Of a stretch of 37,649 bases of DNA, positions 9,420 to 15,613 are shown in pieces (positions within the stretch are counted from its first letter, which is position 1; every line of letters starts with the position of its first letter). A program made the translations under genes and the position numbers. The notes beneath the pieces are model-generated. The model searched no databases, was not told the DNA's origin, and was given only the letters and a program-made list of their open reading frames with translations. The stretch is from Clostridia bacterium (lineage in GTDB: Bacteria; Bacillota; Clostridia; Oscillospirales; CAG-272): the NCBI GenBank assembly GCA_017507145.1, contig JAFWBJ010000005.1, positions 1 through 37,649 of the forward strand, written 5' to 3'.

Positions 9420-9468
9420 GGGCGGAGCAAGATGAGTCACCCTCAACTTGCCCCGCCCCATTTTTTTT
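9420..9468 (+). terminator. Intrinsic terminator after ferredoxin
   Basis: GGGCGGAGCAAG...CTTGCCCCGCCC imperfect stem followed by T8. Confidence 0.7.
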
Positions 9469-9489
9469 CAGGAAACGGAGAGAATCGCT

Positions 9490-10245
9490 ATGCTGCGCGA
9501 GGGAGAACGGCTGGATGCCGTCAACGAAAATCTGCGCCTGATCCAGAAAACCGACGGGCTGACCTATGGCACCGATGCCTTTCTGCTCTCGGCCTATCCG
9601 CCGCCTGAGCCGCGCGGCCGCGCGGTTGAGCTGGGCGCGGGGACGGGGATCGTGTCACTGCTTTGCGCCGCCCGCGGGCAGTATGCGCATATCGATGCGA
9701 TCGAGGTCCAGCCGGAGTTTGCCGAGCTTGCCGCGCGCAATGCCGCACTCAATGGCCAGGCGGAGCGGGTCACCGTTCGCTGTGCCGACCTGCGTACGCT
9801 GAAATCGGCTGATCTGGGCGGTGAGGTCGATGCCGTGCTGGCCAACCCGCCTTATATGCGCGCCGACACGGGGAAGCTGAACCGAAGCGACGCCAAGGCC
9901 ATCGCGCGGCACGAGCTGCACGGCGGCATTGATGACTTTTGTGCGGCGGCCGCGCGGCTTCTGCGCTGGGGCGGGCGATTTGTCTGCGTCTGGCGACCCG
10001 ATCGGCTGATCGATCTGATCGCTGCGATGCGTACGCACGGCCTTGAGCCCAAGCGCATGACGGCCGTCCATGCCGATGCTAGCACGCCTGCTTCGATGGT
10101 GCTGATCGATGCCCGGCGCGGAGGTGCGCCGTCGCTTGCCCTGACCGCGCCCCTGCTGCTCTACCGCGATCCACCGTCGGTCACTCCGCGGGTGATGACC
10201 GAAGCGGCAGCGAAAATTTATGAGACCGGACAGTTTACGCTTTGA
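9490..10245 (+). CDS. tRNA1(Val) adenine-N6-type methyltransferase (YabB-like)
   Basis: YGTDAFLLS, VELGAGTG, IEVQ, ANPPY, AIARHE; lies between yaaT and rsmI. Confidence 0.88.
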   Translation: MLREGERLDAVNENLRLIQKTDGLTYGTDAFLLSAYPPPEPRGRAVELGAGTGIVSLLCAARGQYAHIDAIEVQPEFAELAARNAALNGQAERVTVRCADLRTLKSADLGGEVDAVLANPPYMRADTGKLNRSDAKAIARHELHGGIDDFCAAAARLLRWGGRFVCVWRPDRLIDLIAAMRTHGLEPKRMTAVHADASTPASMVLIDARRGGAPSLALTAPLLLYRDPPSVTPRVMTEAAAKIYETGQFTL

Positions 10246-10268
10246 TGGCGGAATGGAGGAATATGGCC

Positions 10269-10931
10269 ATGTATAAATATTTGTTGTTTGATCTGGACGG
10301 CACGCTGTTTGACACCAGCGAGGGAGTGCTGCGTTCGGTGCAGTATGCGCTGGGCAAAATGGTGCTTCCGGTGCCGGATATGGAGGAGCTCCGCTGCTTC
10401 ATCGGCCCGCCGCTGACCGAGATCTTCGCCGAGTTCTGCGGCTTTTCCCATGAGGAAGCCGTGCGCGCCACCGCCATTTACCGTGAGCGCTATTCGGTAA
10501 CCGGTGTGCTGGAGGTGCAGCCCTATGCCGGAATTCCCGAGCTGTTGGCAGAGCTGGATGCGGCCGGTTTTGTGATCGCGGTGGCGACCGGCAAGCCTGC
10601 CCCCTATTCACCGCAGATTTTGGCCAATCACGGCTTTGATCGCTATGTCCGTGCCATCGCGACGCCCGAGCTGGACGGGACGCGCAGTGAGAAGTGCGAG
10701 CTGATCCACTGTGTGCTGGACGAGCTTGGTGTTGATCGCGCCGACTATGACAAGGTTGTGATGATCGGCGACCGCAAGTTTGATATTACCGGCGCGCATG
10801 AAGCAGGTGTTGCGGCGATTGGTGTCCGCTACGGCTTTGCGCCGGCGGGTGAGCTGGAGGCGCATGGCGCGGATTACGTTGTCGACACCGTGGCTGATCT
10901 TCGCCGTCTGCTGTTAGGGGGCCGGGCATGA
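10269..10931 (+). CDS. HAD-superfamily hydrolase (phosphoglycolate phosphatase/5'-nucleotidase-like)
   Basis: LFDLDGTL, FIGPPL, VATGK, MIGDRKFDI; start chosen 9 nt after GGAGG. Confidence 0.88.
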   Translation: MYKYLLFDLDGTLFDTSEGVLRSVQYALGKMVLPVPDMEELRCFIGPPLTEIFAEFCGFSHEEAVRATAIYRERYSVTGVLEVQPYAGIPELLAELDAAGFVIAVATGKPAPYSPQILANHGFDRYVRAIATPELDGTRSEKCELIHCVLDELGVDRADYDKVVMIGDRKFDITGAHEAGVAAIGVRYGFAPAGELEAHGADYVVDTVADLRRLLLGGRA

Positions 10932-11827
10932 GCAGTGTGAAGCGTACCGGCGATTTTGATGAGAAGAACCGCGTGGAAGGGGGAACGCTCTACCTGGTTG
11001 CCACCCCCATCGGCAACTTGGCCGATCTGAGCGCGCGTGCAGTCAAGGTGCTGTCCGAGGTCGATTTCATCGCCGCCGAGGACACCCGCAACTCGATGCG
11101 TCTGCTGACCCACCTGGGCATCAGCAAGCCGCTGGTCTCTTATTTCGAGCACAATAAGCGGGAGCGCGGTGCGGTGATCGCCGACCGCCTTGCTGCCGGT
11201 GAATCCTGCGCCCTCATGACCGATGCCGGAACACCGGCCATCAGCGACCCCGGCGAGGATCTGGTCGTGCTTTGCGCCGAGCGAGGAATTCCGGTGACGC
11301 ACATCCCCGGTGCGTGTGCCGCAATTGCGGCGCTGACCCTGTCCGCCCTGCCGACCGGCCGGTTCGTTTTCGACGGATTCCTTCCGGTGGCGAAGAGCGA
11401 ACGGCGTGCGCGGATCGACGAGATCGCGCGGGAAATGCGGACGGTGATCCTGCATGAAGCGCCGCACAAGCTGCGGGGGACGCTGGATGATCTGCTGGCC
11501 GCGCTGGGGGATCGCCGCATCGCGCTATGCCGTGAGCTGACCAAGCGCAATGAGGAGATCATGCGCACCACCCTCTCGGGAGCGATCGAATACTACCGCG
11601 AGCATGATCCGCGCGGCGAGTATGTGCTGGTACTGGAGGGGGCCGCCGAGCGGGTGGCCGAGCAGGATGATACAGCCTTCTGGCAGGCCATGTCCCCTGC
11701 CGCGCATGTTGCGCATTATGAAGAGCAGGGCATGGCGCGCATGGATGCCATGAAGAAGGCAGCCAAGGACCGCGGCATGAGCAAGAGTGAACTCTATCAG
11801 CTTTTACTGGTCGATAAGGAGAACTGA
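10928..11827 (+). CDS. rsmI: 16S rRNA (cytidine1402-2'-O)-methyltransferase
   Basis: LYLVATPIGNLAD, IAAEDTR, DAGTPAISDPG, EAPH, CRELTK, RGEYVLV. Confidence 0.95.
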   Translation: MSSVKRTGDFDEKNRVEGGTLYLVATPIGNLADLSARAVKVLSEVDFIAAEDTRNSMRLLTHLGISKPLVSYFEHNKRERGAVIADRLAAGESCALMTDAGTPAISDPGEDLVVLCAERGIPVTHIPGACAAIAALTLSALPTGRFVFDGFLPVAKSERRARIDEIAREMRTVILHEAPHKLRGTLDDLLAALGDRRIALCRELTKRNEEIMRTTLSGAIEYYREHDPRGEYVLVLEGAAERVAEQDDTAFWQAMSPAAHVAHYEEQGMARMDAMKKAAKDRGMSKSELYQLLLVDKEN

Positions 11828-11828
11828 C

Positions 11829-12854
11829 ATGTTGAATTTTTCAAGCGATTATACCAATGGCGCACATCCTGAGGTGCTGCGCCGTCTGATCGAAACCAAT
11901 GACGAGGTGCTGACCACCTACGGCTCGGACATCTACACCGAATCGGCCAAGGCGAAGATTCGCACATCCTGCGGCTGTCCCGATGCCGACATTTATTTCC
12001 TTGCCGGCGGAACGCAGACCAATCTCACCGTCATCTCGGGCATGCTCGGCCTGTGCGGCGCGGTGGTTGCCGCCGATACCGGGCACATCGCACTCCATGA
12101 AGCCGGCGCGATCGAGTACACCGGCCACAAGGTGCTGACCGTTCCGCACCGCGGCGGCAAGATCACGGCCGAGGCGCTGACCGCCTGCCTGCGCGGATTT
12201 TACGCCGACGAGAACCACACCCACATGCCCTATCCCGGCATGGTCTACATCTCCCACCCGACCGAATACGGCACGCTCTATTCGCGCGATGAACTCAAGG
12301 CTCTGCATGCGATCTGCCGTGCGCACGAGATCCCCCTTTATGTGGACGGTGCACGTCTGGGCTACGGGCTGGCCAGCCATGGGAGCGATCTGTCGCTGGC
12401 CGAGCTTGCCGCCAACTGCGATGCCTTTTACATCGGCGGCACCAAGGTAGGGGCGCTGTGCGGCGAGGCGGTGGTCTTCCCGCGCGGAAATGCGCCGAGG
12501 CACTTCTTTACGATGATCAAGCAGCACGGCGCTCTGCTGGCCAAAGGACGGCTGATCGGCGTGCAGTTTGATGCGCTCTTCACCGATGACCTTTACCTTC
12601 GCATCAGCTGCCATGCCATCGATTGTGCCGAGACCCTCAAAGCGATCCTGCGCGAGAAGGGCTATCGCTTTTTCATGGAAACCCCGACTAACCAGCAGTT
12701 TGTCGTGCTGGAAAACGCGCAGATGGCAAAGCTGGGCGAGCAGGTCGCGTTTAGTTATTGGGAGCCGTTTGACGAGACGCACACGGTGGTGCGCTTCGCG
12801 ACCAGCTGGTCGACGACCGAGGCTGACCTGGAGGCGCTGCGGGCCTTGCTGTAA
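11829..12854 (+). CDS. Low-specificity L-threonine aldolase family PLP enzyme
   Basis: NFSSDY, GGTQTN, HEAGAIE, PTEYGTLY, DGARL, IGGTKVG, RFATSW. Confidence 0.88.
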   Translation: MLNFSSDYTNGAHPEVLRRLIETNDEVLTTYGSDIYTESAKAKIRTSCGCPDADIYFLAGGTQTNLTVISGMLGLCGAVVAADTGHIALHEAGAIEYTGHKVLTVPHRGGKITAEALTACLRGFYADENHTHMPYPGMVYISHPTEYGTLYSRDELKALHAICRAHEIPLYVDGARLGYGLASHGSDLSLAELAANCDAFYIGGTKVGALCGEAVVFPRGNAPRHFFTMIKQHGALLAKGRLIGVQFDALFTDDLYLRISCHAIDCAETLKAILREKGYRFFMETPTNQQFVVLENAQMAKLGEQVAFSYWEPFDETHTVVRFATSWSTTEADLEALRALL

Positions 12855-12869
12855 GTCTCGCATTTTACT

Positions 12870-12899
12870 GAATAAAACACCTCCGTGCGGGAAAAACTA
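12870..12899 (+). promoter_or_regulatory. sigmaF/sigmaG-like forespore promoter
   Basis: GAATA-N15-GGAAAAACTA; -10 matches GGnrAnAnTw, -35 is one base off GYWTA. Confidence 0.6.
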
Positions 12900-12920
12900 C
12901 CGGTACGGAGGTGTAAAAAT

Positions 12921-13094
12921 ATGACCACAAAAGAATTATTGTACGTCGAAGACGCGCTTGGTCACGCACAGTATGTGATGACCAAGTGCAAGGAAACCGC
13001 TACCCAGTTGCAGGACAGCGAGCTCAAATCGCTGGTCGAGCAGATGGAGACCAAGCAAAAGGCGCTGTTTGGGCGCTTTTACGGCTTACTGTAA
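12921..13094 (+). CDS. Small helical spore-associated protein (57 aa)
   Basis: SD GGAGGTG; MTTKELLYVEDALGH...LQDSELK pattern typical of small partners of CoatF-like proteins. Confidence 0.7.
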   Translation: MTTKELLYVEDALGHAQYVMTKCKETATQLQDSELKSLVEQMETKQKALFGRFYGLL

Positions 13095-13106
13095 GGAGGG
13101 GACGGC

Positions 13107-13355
13107 ATGGATGACAAGCAGCTGATGGAGAATCTGCTTCTCCTCGAGAAGGGCGCGTGCGACCTTTTCCTGCATGGCGCGATCGAGTCCTCGACCCAGA
13201 ATGTCAATGCGGCATTCGACAGCGCGCTGACCGAGACGCTCGCTCTGCAGGACCAGATTTACGCCAAGATGGCGGCAAAAGGCTGGTACACGGTCGAGCA
13301 GGTCGAGCAGCAGAAGATCAATACCCTCAAGCAGCGCTTTGCCGCGCAGGCATAA
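13107..13355 (+). CDS. Coat F domain-like spore protein
   Basis: SD AAGGAGG; MDDKQLMENLL...AIESST...QDQIYAKMAAKGWY. Confidence 0.78.
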   Translation: MDDKQLMENLLLLEKGACDLFLHGAIESSTQNVNAAFDSALTETLALQDQIYAKMAAKGWYTVEQVEQQKINTLKQRFAAQA

Positions 13356-13377
13356 GCGCTAAGCGTGAAGACCGAAA

Positions 13378-13406
13378 AAGAGAGGAACCCGTCGGGTTCC
13401 TCTCTT
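13378..13406. terminator. Probable bidirectional terminator between convergent spore operon and esterase copy 1
   Basis: AAGAGAGGAACCCG-T-CGGGTTCCTCTCTT with A-tract on the left and T-rich sequence on the right. Confidence 0.8.
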
Positions 13407-13409
13407 GCT

Positions 13410-14237
13410 TTATGCTTCGCCGTAGTGGAAATCCATGATCCATTTGATGGCCAGATCGATCCAGCCCTGGACGTGTGGGAGATTTTTGCTTTGATCGCCG
13501 TTGTCGGTTTCAGCGTTGGCCAGGCAAAGGCCGTGCGGGCCGTTTGGGTAGATGTGCAGCTCATAGGGGATGCCGGCGGCAGTCATGGCCTCGGCCATGA
13601 GCAGGGCGTTCTGGACGGGGACAGTTTTATCGGTGAAGGTGTGCCAGATGAACGCAGGGCAGGTATGGGGCCCGACGTGCTTCTCCAGCGAGAAGGCGTC
13701 AAGTTCCGGCTCATCACCGGTTGTTTTCATGCCGAGCAGGTAGTTGAAGGACCTGCGGTGTGCGTATTGCCCGCCGCTGATGACGGAGTAGGACAGGATC
13801 ATGCCGGTGGGGCGGTTGATACCCTCGGGGGCATCGCCGAGGTAGGGCTTGAGCTGGGGAATGTTCCAGAGCGTGCCGGCAGCCCCCGCCAGATGTCCGC
13901 CGGCCGAGAAGCCGCAGGTGTAGACATAGCGAGGATCGGTATGGTGTTCTTCCGCGTGCTCGCGGACATATTTGATCGCCAGCGAGACCTGGATGAGCGG
14001 CTGATAATTCTGCGCGCCTTTGCCCACGGTGTAGCGCAGGATATAGACGTTCATACCGGCCGCCAGAAACGGCTTGGCGATCGGTTCAGCTTCACGCTCG
14101 ACGAGAAAATGATAGCCGCCGCCGGGACAGATGATAACGGCGCGGCGGGGAGCAGTTTTTCCGTCACCGAGGTCGGGGAAAGCGTACACAGTCAGTGTTG
14201 CCGGGGTGGGATGAAGGGTTATGGTTTCGTGAATCAT
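13410..14237 (-). CDS. Alpha/beta hydrolase (acetyl/feruloyl esterase-like), copy 1
   Basis: CPGGGY oxyanion loop, GFSAGGH nucleophile, DKTVP, GPHG. Confidence 0.9.
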   Translation of the reverse strand: MIHETITLHPTPATLTVYAFPDLGDGKTAPRRAVIICPGGGYHFLVEREAEPIAKPFLAAGMNVYILRYTVGKGAQNYQPLIQVSLAIKYVREHAEEHHTDPRYVYTCGFSAGGHLAGAAGTLWNIPQLKPYLGDAPEGINRPTGMILSYSVISGGQYAHRRSFNYLLGMKTTGDEPELDAFSLEKHVGPHTCPAFIWHTFTDKTVPVQNALLMAEAMTAAGIPYELHIYPNGPHGLCLANAETDNGDQSKNLPHVQGWIDLAIKWIMDFHYGEA

Positions 14238-14272
14238 AAGGGGTCTCCTTTCGGTGTGAGCAATATCAACTT

Positions 14273-14301
14273 ATTCTACCACGTTTCAGCGGGAGTGTCA
14301 A
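14273..14301 (-). promoter_or_regulatory. sigmaA promoter, esterase copy 1
   Basis: Minus strand TTGACA-N17-TAGAAT with TG extension. Confidence 0.8.
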
Positions 14302-14312
14302 GTCCAGGGAAA

Positions 14313-14355
14313 ATAAAGCAAGAGAGGAACCCGACGGGTTCCTCTCTTGCTTTAT
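14313..14355 (-). terminator. Intrinsic terminator, esterase copy 2
   Basis: 21-1-21 perfect inverted repeat overlapping the stop codon. Confidence 0.8.
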
Positions 14356-15179
14356 GCTTCACCGTAGTGGAAATCCATGACCCATTTGATGGCCAGATTG
14401 ATCCAGTCCTGGACGTGCGGGACATTTCTGCTTTGATTGCCGTTGTCGGTTTCGGCGTCGGCCAGAGAAAGGCCGTGCGGGCCGTCCGGGTAGATGTGCA
14501 GCTCGTAGGGAATGCCGGCGGCAGTCATGGCCTCGGCCATAAGCAGGGCGTTCTGAACGGGGACGGTTTTGTCGGTGAAGGTGTGCCAGATGAATGCGGG
14601 GCAGGTATGGGGCCCGACGTGCTTCTCCAGCGAGAGGGCATCCAGCTCGGGCTCATCACCGGTTGTTTTCATTCCGAGCAGATAGTTGAAGGAGCCGCGA
14701 TGCGCATACTGCCCGCCGCTGATGACCGGGTAGGACAAGATCATGCCGGTGGGGCGGTTGATGCCCTCGGGGGCATCGCCCAGGTAGGGCTTGATCTGGG
14801 GGAGGTTCCAGAGCGTGCCGGCAGCACCCGCCAGATGTCCGCCAGCCGAGAAGCCGCAGGTGTAGACATAGCGGGGATCGGTGTGGTGTTCTTCCGCGTG
14901 CTCGCGAACATACTTGATGGCCAGAGAGACCTGGATGAGGGGCTGATCGTTCTGCGCGCCTTCGCCCACAGTGTAGCGCAGGATATAGACGTTCATGCCG
15001 GCCGCCATGAAGCGCTTGGCGATCGGTTCTGCTTCGCGTTCGGAAAGGAAGCGGTAACCGCCGCCGGGGCAGATGACAACAGCGCGGCGGGGCGCGGTGG
15101 CGGTGTCGCCGAGGTCGGGGAAGGCGTAGACGGTCAAGGTTGCAGGAGTAGGATTGAGGGTTATGGTTTCGTAAATCAT
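14352..15179 (-). CDS. Alpha/beta hydrolase (acetyl/feruloyl esterase-like), copy 2
   Basis: Same motifs as copy 1; 25 of 275 residues differ by manual comparison. Confidence 0.9.
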   Translation of the reverse strand: MIYETITLNPTPATLTVYAFPDLGDTATAPRRAVVICPGGGYRFLSEREAEPIAKRFMAAGMNVYILRYTVGEGAQNDQPLIQVSLAIKYVREHAEEHHTDPRYVYTCGFSAGGHLAGAAGTLWNLPQIKPYLGDAPEGINRPTGMILSYPVISGGQYAHRGSFNYLLGMKTTGDEPELDALSLEKHVGPHTCPAFIWHTFTDKTVPVQNALLMAEAMTAAGIPYELHIYPDGPHGLSLADAETDNGNQSRNVPHVQDWINLAIKWVMDFHYGEA

Positions 15180-15214
15180 ACGGGATGTCCTTTCGGTGTG
15201 AGAAATATCAACTT

Positions 15215-15243
15215 ATTCTACCACGTTTCAGCGGGAGTGTCAA
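15215..15243 (-). promoter_or_regulatory. sigmaA promoter, esterase copy 2
   Basis: Identical to the copy 1 promoter. Confidence 0.8.
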
Positions 15244-15251
15244 GGCTCGAG

Positions 15252-15285
15252 AAAAATAAAGATGGCAGGTCATGCGACCTGCCAT
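15252..15285 (-). terminator. Intrinsic terminator of rpmB
   Basis: ATGGCAGGTC-N4-GACCTGCCAT followed on the minus strand by CTTTATTTTT. Confidence 0.8.
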
Positions 15286-15308
15286 TAACTTTATATGCGC
15301 GGCCTGAC

Positions 15309-15494
15309 TTAAGCGCGGGTGATCTTACCCGAACGCAGGCAACGGGAGCAAACAGCGACGGTTTTCGGAGTGCCGTCTACCAGAGCCTTAACCTTGCGGA
15401 TGTTGGGCTTCCACATTCTGTTCGTCTTTCTATGCGAGTGAGACACGTTCTGACCGAACACAACGCCCTTACCGCAAATGCTGCATTTTGCCAT
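15309..15494 (-). CDS. rpmB: 50S ribosomal protein L28
   Basis: MAKCSICGK...[19 protein letters not shown]...[10 protein letters not shown] (zinc-binding form). Confidence 0.97.
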   Translation of the reverse strand: MAKCSICGKGVVFGQNVSHSHRKTNRMWKPNIRKVKALVDGTPKTVAVCSRCLRSGKITRA

Positions 15495-15546
15495 CTTGAC
15501 ACCTCCTCAATATGATCGTATATAGACCGATTAAGCAACAGTATAG

Positions 15547-15575
15547 ATTATAGCATAATCCGCGCAAAATTGCAA
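15547..15575 (-). promoter_or_regulatory. sigmaA promoter of rpmB
   Basis: Minus strand TTGCAA-N17-TATAAT with TG extension. Confidence 0.8.
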
Positions 15576-15613
15576 GGGATTTTCAAAAAAAATTTCGAAA
15601 AAAGCGGGGAATT

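Larger units (their letters stand above)
13378..15244. repeat. Tandem direct duplication, period 942 bp (13378-14302 and 14320-15244)
   Basis: Each unit carries terminator, 828-bp CDS, leader and promoter; both begin AAGAGAGGAACCCG and end GGGAGTGTCAAG. Confidence 0.95.

Noticed and set aside
13378-15244. Duplication as a mobile element
   Set aside because: No transposase, terminal inverted repeats or target-site duplication; the units are plain transcription units.
13365-15515. 716-aa plus-strand ORF spanning both esterases and rpmB
   Set aside because: Antisense to three well-supported genes, no SD or motifs, crosses terminators; its internal repeat only mirrors the in-frame 942-bp duplication.
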